A stretch of DNA of 60,894 bases, from positions 1 to 60,894 of the forward strand of contig JAUPVQ010000030.1 of assembly GCA_030916965.1 (NCBI GenBank). Reading direction: 5' to 3'. The translations under genes were made by a program, and so were the position numbers. The DNA comes from Patescibacteria group bacterium (GTDB lineage Bacteria > Patescibacteriota > Minisyncoccia > Phycocordibacterales > UBA9973). Below, in pieces: positions 9,518 to 18,531 of this stretch. The notes beneath the pieces are model-generated. The model saw only the letters and a list, made by a program, of their open reading frames with translations, was not told the DNA's origin and did not search any database. Each line of letters begins with the position of its first letter. Position 1 is the stretch's first letter.

Positions 9518-9549
9518 AAAAAAGCCTAAGCGAGAGCTTAGGCTTTTTT
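9518..9549. terminator. Bidirectional intrinsic terminator between convergent genes
   Basis: AAAAAAGCCTAAGC-GAGA-GCTTAGGCTTTTTT is a perfect 14-bp stem with A/T runs on both sides. The right arm overlaps the last codons of the minus-strand gene. Confidence 0.7.
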
Positions 9550-9777
9550 GATAAATTCTGTTTTGAGGACTATGCCTTTCATGCCGTCTATACTGCATTC
9601 GATTAGGCCCTCTTCGTCGGTCAGGCGAATGTTTTTGGCTTTGGCACCCTTTTTGATAACAGTGCTACTGCCTTTTAACTTCAAATCTTTGATTAATATT
9701 ATACTGTCGCCGTTGGTCAAAATGTTGCCATTGGCGTCACGTTGTATAACAACGTCTTCATCATTTTCTTCATTCAT
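9538..9777 (-). CDS. PhnA C-terminal-domain-like small protein (no zinc ribbon)
   Basis: 79 aa. DANGNILTNGDSIILIKDLKLKGSSTVIKKGAKAKNIRL...IDGMKGIVLKTEFIKKA matches the PhnA/YjdM C-terminal domain pattern. Confidence 0.6.
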   Translation of the reverse strand: MNEENDEDVVIQRDANGNILTNGDSIILIKDLKLKGSSTVIKKGAKAKNIRLTDEEGLIECSIDGMKGIVLKTEFIKKA

Positions 9778-9875
9778 ATTTGTATTATATATGAGTATTC
9801 ATAAATAGGCGAGACTAGATAATACAGCACTTATTGCTGATGGCATAATTATCTTTATGCTATACTACGAATTAT

Positions 9876-10307
9876 ATGATGGAGCCTGAGATAAAAAAAC
9901 ATATTGATAAGAAGTTGGTAAGGCGAATGACAATGTTCGCTATTATTTTGACTATAATGACAGGGGTGCTTGTATATGAAATATTTATAAGCAACATAAA
10001 CTTCTTGTGGATAATCGTGGGTATTGCGGTTGGAATATTTATTGGGTTTGTTGCAGGACGAATTTTTACGATTGAATGGAGTCAAGAGAAAAAGGTTGTT
10101 GTGGGGAGGCTAGATTTGATTGGAGGAATTGTATTGACCCTTTATATTTTGGTTTCGGTTGGGCGGTCTTGGATATTTGCACATTGGTTCAAAGGGATGA
10201 TGCTGACAGCATTTACATTTAGCTTCATCGAGGGTGCGATGATTGGACGCCTGCTAAGTATGCGATTCAATATAAAAAGGGTACTAATTGAGCAAGATAA
10301 AATTTAA
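9876..10307 (+). CDS. Hypothetical integral membrane protein (about 4 TM)
   Basis: The ORF has four hydrophobic stretches. TGcTATACT lies at 9858-9866 upstream and a terminator lies downstream. Confidence 0.5.
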   Translation: MMEPEIKKHIDKKLVRRMTMFAIILTIMTGVLVYEIFISNINFLWIIVGIAVGIFIGFVAGRIFTIEWSQEKKVVVGRLDLIGGIVLTLYILVSVGRSWIFAHWFKGMMLTAFTFSFIEGAMIGRLLSMRFNIKRVLIEQDKI

Positions 10308-10313
10308 TAAAAC

Positions 10314-10344
10314 AAGCCCGAGCGTATGCTCGGGCTTTTGGTTT
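10314..10344 (+). terminator. Intrinsic terminator
   Basis: AAGCCCGAGC-GTAT-GCTCGGGCTT followed by TTGGTTT. Confidence 0.7.
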
Positions 10345-10361
10345 ATGATATAATAATTATT

Positions 10362-10724
10362 ATGAAAAAGTATAAAATAATGTTTTGGGTTACTACTTTA
10401 TTAATATTTGTTACGCAGGGTGTGATGGAGTTGGTTGCATATTTTAATGGAACAGCAACTCCTGGTATCGTTGGTTTGGGGTATCCAGAATATTTTGTGG
10501 GTATGATTGTTCTTGCAAAAGTACTGGGATCATTGGCATTAGTAATACCGCAGGTGCCAAAAGGTGTGAAGGAATGGGCGTATGCTGGATTTGCTTTTGA
10601 TTTCATTGCAGCACTATTAAGTATGTATTTCGTAATGGGTGTTTCAGTGTACCTTGCGTTCCCAGTCATCGCATTGGTTATATTAAAAGTTTCTTATTAT
10701 TCATATCATAAATTAAATAAATAA
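10362..10724 (+). CDS. DoxX-like small membrane protein
   Basis: The start was moved to the ATG at 10362, because the tracked start at 10326 lies inside the upstream terminator. TGATATAAT at 10346-10354 sits 7 nt upstream. Four TM segments with a DoxX-like pattern. Confidence 0.5.
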   Translation: MKKYKIMFWVTTLLIFVTQGVMELVAYFNGTATPGIVGLGYPEYFVGMIVLAKVLGSLALVIPQVPKGVKEWAYAGFAFDFIAALLSMYFVMGVSVYLAFPVIALVILKVSYYSYHKLNK

Positions 10725-10728
10725 TTAT

Positions 10729-11145
10729 ATGTTACCAATCAATTTTGTTTCTATTATCGTAGCTGGGGTTGTTGCTTTTATTATTGGATTCCTATTACAC
10801 GGACCAGTGGGTGGCAAGCTATGGATGAAGCTTGCAAATATTGTGCCAACAGGCAAAGAGAAGTTTAGCGATATGATTCCACAAATGTTTGCGAATTTGT
10901 TTATGAATTTCGTAACAGCATTTGTTATATCTACAATGTATTTGATAATGTCTACATCATCCTATATTGGTGCAACTGGCGCATTTGCAGGAGTAGTATG
11001 TGCATCCTGGCTATGGCTCTTGATTGTGGCTGGATCATCTATGGATGTTATATGGATGGGGAGATCAATGAAATTGTGGCTGTATGAATGTATGTGCTCA
11101 CTAATTACCATGGGAGCAATGGGTGCAATTGTCGCAGTATGGTAA
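10729..11145 (+). CDS. DUF1761-like membrane protein
   Basis: The N-terminus (INFVSIIVAGVVAFIIGFLLHGPVGGKLWMKL) is typical of DUF1761 proteins, as recalled from memory. Confidence 0.5.
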   Translation: MLPINFVSIIVAGVVAFIIGFLLHGPVGGKLWMKLANIVPTGKEKFSDMIPQMFANLFMNFVTAFVISTMYLIMSTSSYIGATGAFAGVVCASWLWLLIVAGSSMDVIWMGRSMKLWLYECMCSLITMGAMGAIVAVW

Positions 11146-11227
11146 ATCGGAATGGTTTTCTAGTTTTTACACTATTTTAACAAAAAAGTAAGCATAAAAT
11201 CCAAAATAACTCCTATCTCTCACCCTG

Positions 11228-11257
11228 TTGACAAAATGGGGCTATATATGGTATAAT
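11228..11257 (+). promoter_or_regulatory. Sigma-70-type promoter (TTGACA-N18-TATAAT with a TGg extension)
   Basis: TTGACA at 11228-11233 and TGGTATAAT ending at 11257, 28 nt upstream of the ATG at 11286. Confidence 0.5.
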
Positions 11258-11285
11258 ACCTACAAAACAATTTAATAGCAAGAAA

Positions 11286-11771
11286 ATGAAAACAAAAATT
11301 TTAAGAACCGTAGGCTGGATCTGTCTTATCATGTTGCCAGCAAGTATCATTTATGTTTTATCTCATCAAAATATGGGATTTTATATAAAAAATTTCTACC
11401 TTATTTTTGGATTCCTGATATTTATGTTGGGAATGATTCTTTTGTTTAGTACGAATTCAGGTTTATCAGAAGTGCAGAAGAAACAAAGACGATTAAACAT
11501 TTTCTGGGGTATCGTTATGGGGATGAGCACTGTTGCTCTGTTTGCATTAATGATGCCTGGTCTTGAAGTATACTTTGGCCTTAATATGCCATATGTGCAG
11601 ATTGATCACAGAACTTTCAAAGTATTTGGGTACATTCAAAACGACCCAAATAAACAGATTGGATTCATGATGTTGACCGGCGTTCTAATGATGCTACCTG
11701 GACGATTGATTACTCTGGCTTATTACAAGCTAGGAAAAATTAACAGAAAGCGTGTTTACAGAGAGTTTTAA
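11286..11771 (+). CDS. Hypothetical integral membrane protein
   Basis: 161-aa ORF with four or five hydrophobic helices, a promoter upstream and a terminator downstream. Confidence 0.5.
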   Translation: MKTKILRTVGWICLIMLPASIIYVLSHQNMGFYIKNFYLIFGFLIFMLGMILLFSTNSGLSEVQKKQRRLNIFWGIVMGMSTVALFALMMPGLEVYFGLNMPYVQIDHRTFKVFGYIQNDPNKQIGFMMLTGVLMMLPGRLITLAYYKLGKINRKRVYREF

Positions 11772-11792
11772 AAGCTAAAAAGCTAAAAATCG

Positions 11793-11826
11793 AAAAACAA
11801 CAGCCTATGGTTGTTGTTTTTTTTGT
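11793..11826 (+). terminator. Intrinsic terminator
   Basis: AAAAACAACAGCC-TAT-GGTTGTTGTTTTT, with one G-U pair, running into a T tract. Confidence 0.6.
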
Positions 11827-11850
11827 TGAATATTCTGATATAATATTTTT

Positions 11851-12429
11851 ATGACTGAGGAAACAGAAGTAAATAAAACAGCTGAAGTGGAGATTGTTGC
11901 GGAGGCACCTGTGGTGCCTCCGCAACCTAATGAAAGTGCAGAACCGATACAACCAATTGAGCCAATTAATCAAGTTCCAGAAATTAAACCGGAAGAGCCA
12001 ACTCCAGTAAGTGATCCAATACAAGAACAAGTAGAAGTAAAGACAGAAGAAAAAGTAGAAGAAAAGATAGAAGAAAATACTAAAACAGAAACAGTTGTAG
12101 AAGAAAAACAAGAACAGAAGACAGAAGAGAAAATCCCGCAAGAAATACAACAAACAAAAACTGAAGAAGAATTATTTTCCCCTAGAAAATATTTGATGAG
12201 CTTGCTTGTTAAAGCAAATCTAGCTGTTCAAAATAAAAAAAGAAAAAATTTAGATAAATTGATAGAATATTTTAACACTAAAGAGAAGGTAAAAAATAAT
12301 GATGTAGAAAAATTGCTCGGCGTAAAGGATGCAGCTGCAACAAATTATCTGAATAGGCTAGTAAAAGATAACAAAATAGAGAGACATGGAACCGGTAGTG
12401 GTACCTGGTATTCTAAAACATTGAAATAA
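11851..12429 (+). CDS. Protein with an acidic, Pro/Glu-rich low-complexity N-terminus and a C-terminal winged-helix-like domain
   Basis: The N-terminal 100 aa are rich in E/P/V/K/Q. The C-terminus (VEKLLGVKDAAATNYLNRLVKDNKIERHGTGSGTWY) looks like a wHTH. TGATATAAT lies 6 nt upstream of the ATG. Confidence 0.5.
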   Translation: MTEETEVNKTAEVEIVAEAPVVPPQPNESAEPIQPIEPINQVPEIKPEEPTPVSDPIQEQVEVKTEEKVEEKIEENTKTETVVEEKQEQKTEEKIPQEIQQTKTEEELFSPRKYLMSLLVKANLAVQNKKRKNLDKLIEYFNTKEKVKNNDVEKLLGVKDAAATNYLNRLVKDNKIERHGTGSGTWYSKTLK

Positions 12430-13780
12430 TTGCACCTATTGCAGCGAGGCTCATAATGGCTGTGACACTCCAGCCAACCACATTTTTTAATTTAGAATTT
12501 TTGTATTTGCCCATTATCTTGTGACTACCACTTATGTGAACGATACAGACTAATATAATTGGAGCAATAATCCCATTTGCAATAGCAGAATAAATCAGAG
12601 CCTTGATAGGATCGATACCTATAAAATTGATGATAATACCTACTACAACAGAGATTATGATAATACCATAAAAGGCCTTGGCATTGGCCAATTTGCGATA
12701 TAGGCCCTCCTTGTAGCCAAAACTCTCAGATATAGCGTATGCAGTAGATCCTGCGAGTACCGGTACTGCAAGCATCCCAGTACCAATAATTCCAAGGGCA
12801 AAGAGTAAGTAGGCAGCGTTCCCAGCAAGAGGGCGCAATGCCTCGGCTGCGTCGGCGGCTGTATTGATATTGGTTACACCGTTGGCAAACAAAGTGGTTG
12901 CACAAACAGCGATAATAAAGAACATAACTAAGTTGGAAAGGAACATCCCACTCCAAATGTCGATACGCATATTTTTGATCTCGGCATCATTTGTGCCACG
13001 GCGAGAGTGGGCTGTAGTTTTGCCATTGGCTATATCCTCCTCCACTTCTTGGGAAGTTTGCCAGAAAAATAAATATGGAGAAATTGTGGTACCAAGCACT
13101 CCTGTAATAAGAAGTATACTTTCTTTGGAAAATGTAATATGCGGGACAAGTCCATCATGAATAATCTGTGTCCAATCCATATTGATGATTAGTCCAGTAG
13201 CAACATAAGCAAGCAATGCAACAGCCAACCATTTGAGGTAACGAGCATAGCTTGTATATGTTACGAAAATTTGAAGTAGCAAACAAGTAAGGCCAATAAG
13301 AATAATCAGAAATACAAAACTTAAAAACGGGAACAAGAGTTCGATTGCCTTGGCCATTGCGCCTAGGTTGGCACCGATATTTAATGTGTTGGCAATGAAA
13401 AGTAATGCTGTAGCAAAATACAATACACGACGGGAATATGAATGCTTGATGTTGGAAGCTAATCCTCGGCCAGTGACAAGTGCAATACGAGCACACATCT
13501 CCTGAATTGTAGCCATAAGAGGGTATGTCCAGGCGGCAAGCCACAGCATAGATGTGCCAAATTGCGCGCCAGCTTGGGAGTATGTAGCAATACCTGATGG
13601 GTCATCGTCGGCAGCTCCAGATACGAGTCCTGGACCCAAGTGCTTGATATAATTGACCCCACGACTAACTAAGGATTTGCCTGAAACTTTTTTCTCAAGA
13701 ACTTCGACTTCGTTTGCTATGTTGTCGAGTATTGTGGCAGGGGCAGTAACTATTTCCTCTAACATATCCGGTTTTTTCAT
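12413..13780 (-). CDS. mntH: NRAMP-family divalent metal transporter
   Basis: GPGLVSGAADDDPSGIATYSQAGAQFG plus about 11 TM helices, typical of NRAMP/MntH. Confidence 0.85.
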   Translation of the reverse strand: MKKPDMLEEIVTAPATILDNIANEVEVLEKKVSGKSLVSRGVNYIKHLGPGLVSGAADDDPSGIATYSQAGAQFGTSMLWLAAWTYPLMATIQEMCARIALVTGRGLASNIKHSYSRRVLYFATALLFIANTLNIGANLGAMAKAIELLFPFLSFVFLIILIGLTCLLLQIFVTYTSYARYLKWLAVALLAYVATGLIINMDWTQIIHDGLVPHITFSKESILLITGVLGTTISPYLFFWQTSQEVEEDIANGKTTAHSRRGTNDAEIKNMRIDIWSGMFLSNLVMFFIIAVCATTLFANGVTNINTAADAAEALRPLAGNAAYLLFALGIIGTGMLAVPVLAGSTAYAISESFGYKEGLYRKLANAKAFYGIIIISVVVGIIINFIGIDPIKALIYSAIANGIIAPIILVCIVHISGSHKIMGKYKNSKLKNVVGWSVTAIMSLAAIGAIISMF

Positions 13781-13807
13781 AGTTTCTATTATACCATTTT
13801 TATTATA

Positions 13808-13835
13808 TTGACATAGTATTTTGGGCGTGTATACT
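13808..13835 (+). promoter_or_regulatory. Sigma-70-type promoter (TTGACA-N16-TATACT)
   Basis: TTGACA at 13808-13813 and TATACT at 13830-13835. Confidence 0.4.
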
Positions 13836-13869
13836 CGTATTGAAATATACTTTCTTAAATATAAATCCT

Positions 13870-14190
13870 ATGGACGCAAAAATTCAAAATGAACAAATTT
13901 TTGAGCTGGATGACAGCTTCTCCCGAATGAGTCTAAAATTAATTGACTCGTGTATTAAAAAAATTCACAAAATCAACAAAACTGTTAATGTGGCAGGTCT
14001 GGATGATTTTACAGACAAGTACATTGTCAGGGCTGGCAAGCAAGAAGGTAATGGTCTTTACAAAGAGCAAGAAGAGGGGAAAGTAGAATTTGTTGGATAT
14101 TTATCTGTAAGAAAGATCGAGAATCACAACAAAAAGGCCAATTTCGGTGTGTGGAAAAAGATATTATCTTCTTCGGAAATTCTTGTTTAA
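13870..14190 (+). CDS. Hypothetical protein
   Basis: The ORF is bounded by a promoter upstream and a strong terminator downstream. The ATG at 13870 is preferred to the tracked TTG at 13840. No family was recognised. Confidence 0.4.
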   Translation: MDAKIQNEQIFELDDSFSRMSLKLIDSCIKKIHKINKTVNVAGLDDFTDKYIVRAGKQEGNGLYKEQEEGKVEFVGYLSVRKIENHNKKANFGVWKKILSSSEILV

Positions 14191-14222
14191 TTTATTTAAA
14201 GTCACTTTATTCATGTTGCAAT

Positions 14223-14258
14223 CGGGGTCGGACATTTTGTTCCGGCCCTGTTTTTTTT
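14223..14258 (+). terminator. Intrinsic terminator
   Basis: CGGGGTCGGA-CATTTTGT-TCCGGCCCTG, with G-U pairs, followed by T8. Confidence 0.65.
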
Positions 14259-14285
14259 ACTTTAATATTGCTACAATATAGATAC

Positions 14286-15761
14286 ATGGCACTCAACAAG
14301 CCCAATAAAATTCAAATTATCAAATACGCTCCACCACCACCAGACTTGCCAGTACTGGGCTCTTTGGATCCGGCGGAAGTATCGTTTATTGGCCGTACCA
14401 ATTATGTGGCATCTCTTGAGGAGAAGAAATTCTATTTCGGTATCAAGCGCGTAGACCGCAGACGCCATTTGTATATCATAGGGAAGTCCGGTGTGGGTAA
14501 ATCCAAGCTTCAGGAACTTATGGTCCGCCAGGACATAGCATACAATCATGGCCTTTGTGTGATTGATCCTCACGGAGAGTTTATCGACGACATTTTGGAA
14601 TTTATACCAGAGGACCGTATCGAAGATGTATGTATTATTGATCCAGGAGATATTGATTTCCCAGCATCATTCAACCCGCTTGCAAATGTGGACCCGACTT
14701 TCAAACACCAATTGACCCAAGGCCTCATCGAGGTCCTCCGCAAACAATTCGGCGCCAACTGGACACCCAGACTTGAGCACGTATTCCGCTTCACTACACT
14801 TGCGCTACTAGACTACCCACACGCGACAATGCGTGGAATGATCAGTATGCTGACAGATCGTAACTACCGCCAAAAGGTGGTGGAATATATCGAGGATGAC
14901 ATGGTCAAAAGATTCTGGGCTATCGAATTCGCCGACTGGTCGGAGAAGTTCGATACAGATGCGATCATCCCGCTCGTCAACAAGCTCGGGCAATTCCTAT
15001 CCGACCCGATGCTTCGAAATATTTTCGGACAAAAAGAAAATAAAATTGATCTTAGCGAATTAATGAATCAGAAAAAAATTATCCTCATTAATTTATCAAA
15101 AGGAAAAATTGGAGAAGAGAATTCATCTTTCTTTGGGGCTATGTTTATAACCAAGATTAAACAAGCAGGTATGGAGCGTGCAAAATTGCCACCAAGTGAA
15201 CGCAATGACTTCTATCTATATGTCGATGAGTTTCAAAATATTGTAACTGATACTTTTGAAAACATTCTTTCTGAGGCACGTAAATACGGTATCAATCTGA
15301 CTGTAGCACACCAATACGTGGGTCAGATCGCACCAAAAGTAGAGCAAGCAGTGCTCGGTAACGTGGGATCAATCATCTGCTTCCGTGTAGGTGGTGATGA
15401 TGCTGTAAAGTTGAAGCCGGAATTCGCACCGATTTTTGATGTAAAGGATATGATCAATTTAGGTATTGGAGAATTCTTTATCAAGATGACAATTGATGGT
15501 GAGAGTTATGACCCATTTTCCGCAGAGACATTGAGAGTGTTGCCACCAACACACCCTTCTTATAGAGAGAAAGTTATTGATGCTTCTCGACGTAAATTCG
15601 CTATCCCTGCTGGAGATGCGCAGAGATTGATTGAGGAAGAAGAGTCAACAATCGTTCGTAGTGCTCAGGAAAAAGCTGCTATCACTCGTGGAAACAAAAA
15701 TGACGAAAAAGGGAATGTAGAACCAGTAGTCGAAGACAAAGGCTCGGAACCGTTGATATAA
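14286..15761 (+). CDS. Soluble VirD4/TraD-like (type IV coupling protein-like) P-loop ATPase, paralog 1
   Basis: The start was moved to MALNKP at 14286, because the tracked start runs through the upstream terminator. TGcTACAAT lies 8 nt upstream. Walker A is YIIGKSGVGKSKL and Walker B is FYLYVDEFQN; LSEARKYGINLTVAHQY is also present. No TM helix. Confidence 0.75.
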   Translation: MALNKPNKIQIIKYAPPPPDLPVLGSLDPAEVSFIGRTNYVASLEEKKFYFGIKRVDRRRHLYIIGKSGVGKSKLQELMVRQDIAYNHGLCVIDPHGEFIDDILEFIPEDRIEDVCIIDPGDIDFPASFNPLANVDPTFKHQLTQGLIEVLRKQFGANWTPRLEHVFRFTTLALLDYPHATMRGMISMLTDRNYRQKVVEYIEDDMVKRFWAIEFADWSEKFDTDAIIPLVNKLGQFLSDPMLRNIFGQKENKIDLSELMNQKKIILINLSKGKIGEENSSFFGAMFITKIKQAGMERAKLPPSERNDFYLYVDEFQNIVTDTFENILSEARKYGINLTVAHQYVGQIAPKVEQAVLGNVGSIICFRVGGDDAVKLKPEFAPIFDVKDMINLGIGEFFIKMTIDGESYDPFSAETLRVLPPTHPSYREKVIDASRRKFAIPAGDAQRLIEEEESTIVRSAQEKAAITRGNKNDEKGNVEPVVEDKGSEPLI

Positions 15762-15765
15762 ATGT

Positions 15766-16797
15766 ATGATTGAGAATAAAGGCTTCGGCCGACCAAAAAC
15801 AAAAGAGGAACTCCAAACGCAAGTAGAGCACTTTGCGGAAATTGAGTATAGTAATCTGAAAATGATAAAACCAGAAAAATTTAATTCGGAAGAGGATGAA
15901 AATAAATTTTACGAAAAATACTTACAATCAATGAAAGATCAGTCTGAAATGTTGGTTTACAGTGCTGAGCTTTCAGAAATACAAGATTTTAAAAATTTGC
16001 CAGTAGATATAGATCCAAAACTTAAAGGGCTGATTGAGAGGAATAGAGACGCATATGTGGAATTTTGCGACACTGAAATGAAAGCGTTGGATTATTATCG
16101 AGCCTCTAAGGTAAAGATCTATAATGAAAAATATAAATCAAGAGTAAGTGACATAAAAGATCAAATTAAAAATGGAATACCTCTCGAAGAAATTCCTGGG
16201 TATGTAAACAAGGGTACCAAAGGAGCCATATTTTTTACTGATGATAAACACTCAAAAGTAGTGAAGCTATATAGTGCTATCCATGATGGCACCTCAAGTT
16301 CGAATGTAGGTAAAAATGAGATTTTATCATTATTGCGAGCCAAGGATATAGAAAATGTTTCGCACCTGGAAGGGTATTCATACGAAGATAGAGCTGTAAT
16401 AATGGAATATATTGAAGGAAAGAATTTAAAGGAATTGACCAAAAAGGAAAGAGCACAACTTTCTGATGAAGAAATAAAATCTGTATTTAAAATTATATTT
16501 GACTTATATCAAAATGGACTTGAGATCGATCCTCATCCAACCAATTTTATATATAATACAGAAAAAGGGTTTTCAGTTATTGACTACCATTTATTAAAAA
16601 ATCCAGAAAATTTCATGTATTTGTTACGTAGTCTGCCGGAAAACTTATCTAGGAGAAAGAATACTTCAGATGAGGAATCTGACTATGATCAATTTTCAGA
16701 TTTGGAACCAAGAATTGTAAAAATACTGGAAGAGGATTACCCTGAATTTTGCGAAAAACATAAAGAGCATTTCGAAAAATGGAAATCAATGATTTAG
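15766..16797 (+). CDS. Atypical protein-kinase-fold protein (RIO/Kdo-kinase-like)
   Basis: Possible VAIK-like Lys in HSKVVKLY, hinge VIMEYIEGKNL, catalytic-loop-like DPHPTNFIY, and a DFG-equivalent in FSVIDYH. Confidence 0.5.
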   Translation: MIENKGFGRPKTKEELQTQVEHFAEIEYSNLKMIKPEKFNSEEDENKFYEKYLQSMKDQSEMLVYSAELSEIQDFKNLPVDIDPKLKGLIERNRDAYVEFCDTEMKALDYYRASKVKIYNEKYKSRVSDIKDQIKNGIPLEEIPGYVNKGTKGAIFFTDDKHSKVVKLYSAIHDGTSSSNVGKNEILSLLRAKDIENVSHLEGYSYEDRAVIMEYIEGKNLKELTKKERAQLSDEEIKSVFKIIFDLYQNGLEIDPHPTNFIYNTEKGFSVIDYHLLKNPENFMYLLRSLPENLSRRKNTSDEESDYDQFSDLEPRIVKILEEDYPEFCEKHKEHFEKWKSMI

Positions 16798-16800
16798 TAT

Positions 16801-18495
16801 ATGGAAAATAAAATTTGCCAAAATTGTAAAAAAGATTTCACAATCGACGCGGATGACTTCTCTTTTTATGAGAAAATGAAAGTTCCTGTGCCGACTTGGT
16901 GCCCGGATTGTCGGATGGTTCGGCGCCTTACTTTTAGAAACGAGCGTAATTTATTTCGTAGAAAGGATGCACATACTGGGCTTGATTCCTTCTCAGGTTT
17001 CCCACCTGAGGCTAATTTAAATACTTATGAAAATAGTTACTGGCATGGAGATTCGTGGGACCCACTCGATTATGGAGTAGATTATGATTTTTCAAAAACA
17101 TTCTTTGAGCAATTTAATAATTTATTCTCTCGTGTACCACTACCAGCAAAATCCTCTGCCGGGTTTATGATCAATTCAGATTACTGTAACGAAGCAGGTA
17201 GACTTCGTAATGCATATTTGTGTTTCGATTCAGATTTTGTTGAAAATTCCGCATATTTAGTAAAAGCTACAAATACTAAAGATACTTTTGATTCCCATGA
17301 GGTTATAGAGGATGAGCTCTGTTATGAGGGTGTAATGGTATATAAATCATATCGGACATTGTATTCTCTGGATTGTGAAAGTTGTGTTGATGTATGGTTT
17401 GGTAAAGGATTACGTGGATGCACTAATTGCTTCGGATGCGTGAATTTAAGAAATAAATCTTATTATTTTTTTAATGAGCCATTGTCAAAGCAAGAATATG
17501 AAAAAAGGTTAAATGAATTAAATCTAGGATCTTATGAATCAATTGCAAAATTACGCACAAAAGTTTTAAAATTTTGGCAGGAATTTCCCGTAAAATATTA
17601 TCATGGTATACGCAACCTTAATTGTACAGGAGAACGAATTAGCGATTCGAAAAATGTACTCGATTCTATTTCTGTAACTGAAGGTGAGAATATGCGGTAT
17701 ATTCAAATTAGCGTTTTAAAGGCTGCTAATTCGTATGATTGCGTACAGTTGTTTATGGGAGTGGAGAATGCTTATGAATGTGTAACTTGTGGGGATGGTG
17801 CGTATAATCTTAAGTATTGCTTTAATTGCTGGGGAGAGGCACGAGATTTGGAATATTGTAGCTACTGCGTAGGGTCTGCAGATTGCTTCGGCTGTGTCGG
17901 CCTTTCAAAGAAGCAATATTGTATTTTCAACAAACAATACACAAAAGATGAATACTTTGAACTAAAAGATAGAATTATAAAACACATGGATGAAATGCCA
18001 TACCTGGACTTGCTTGGAAGAGCCTATAAATATGGAGAATTTTTCCCATCCGAATTTTCACCACTTGCATACAACGAGAGCTTGGCACAAGATTATGTTC
18101 CACTTGAGAAAGATCTTGCAAAAGAAAAAGGATTTAACTGGCGTGAACCAAATGCTCGTGAATTCCAAACTACAATACAAGGGACAGATTTACCAGATTT
18201 AATCAGTGATGTGACTGATGATATAACAAAAGAAATTATTGCATGCGATGTCTGTAAGCGCGCGTATAGAATAGTCCCAATTGAATTACAATTCTATAAA
18301 AGAATTGGCTTACCATTACCTCACAAATGCCACAACTGTAGATTTCTAGAAAGATTTAAATTTATAAATCCACCTATGCTCTGGCACAGGATTTGTATGA
18401 AAGAAGGTTGTAAAAATGAATTCGAAACAAGTTACGCTCCTGAAAGACCCGAGATAATTTATTGTGAAAATTGCTATCAGCAAGAGGTAATGTAA
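16801..18495 (+). CDS. Cysteine-rich multi-zinc-ribbon protein with internal duplication
   Basis: CxxC-x24-CxxC modules with FY.K...P.P..C..CR sit at both termini (nt 16816-16911 and 18244-18339). Two internal CxxCFGCV(N/G)L..K.Y..FN modules are also present. Confidence 0.6.
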   Translation: MENKICQNCKKDFTIDADDFSFYEKMKVPVPTWCPDCRMVRRLTFRNERNLFRRKDAHTGLDSFSGFPPEANLNTYENSYWHGDSWDPLDYGVDYDFSKTFFEQFNNLFSRVPLPAKSSAGFMINSDYCNEAGRLRNAYLCFDSDFVENSAYLVKATNTKDTFDSHEVIEDELCYEGVMVYKSYRTLYSLDCESCVDVWFGKGLRGCTNCFGCVNLRNKSYYFFNEPLSKQEYEKRLNELNLGSYESIAKLRTKVLKFWQEFPVKYYHGIRNLNCTGERISDSKNVLDSISVTEGENMRYIQISVLKAANSYDCVQLFMGVENAYECVTCGDGAYNLKYCFNCWGEARDLEYCSYCVGSADCFGCVGLSKKQYCIFNKQYTKDEYFELKDRIIKHMDEMPYLDLLGRAYKYGEFFPSEFSPLAYNESLAQDYVPLEKDLAKEKGFNWREPNAREFQTTIQGTDLPDLISDVTDDITKEIIACDVCKRAYRIVPIELQFYKRIGLPLPHKCHNCRFLERFKFINPPMLWHRICMKEGCKNEFETSYAPERPEIIYCENCYQQEVM

Positions 18496-18531
18496 ATACT
18501 TGCATACTAGTAGGCAAGTATAAAAAAATTT

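Noticed and set aside
11740-12153. 137-aa F/L/C-rich ORF antisense to the acidic wHTH gene
   Set aside because: It is the complement of a purine-rich coding tract. The composition is implausible for a protein and there is no start context.
14151-14285. N-terminal extensions in the ORF track at six genes
   Set aside because: The extensions are 14151-14285, 10326-10361, 43037-43138, 50094-50231, 35303-35323 and 27123-27140. They run through terminators or upstream genes, are hydrophobic or Cys-rich junk, and bypass internal ATGs that have proper -10 or SD context and match the conserved N-termini of the families.
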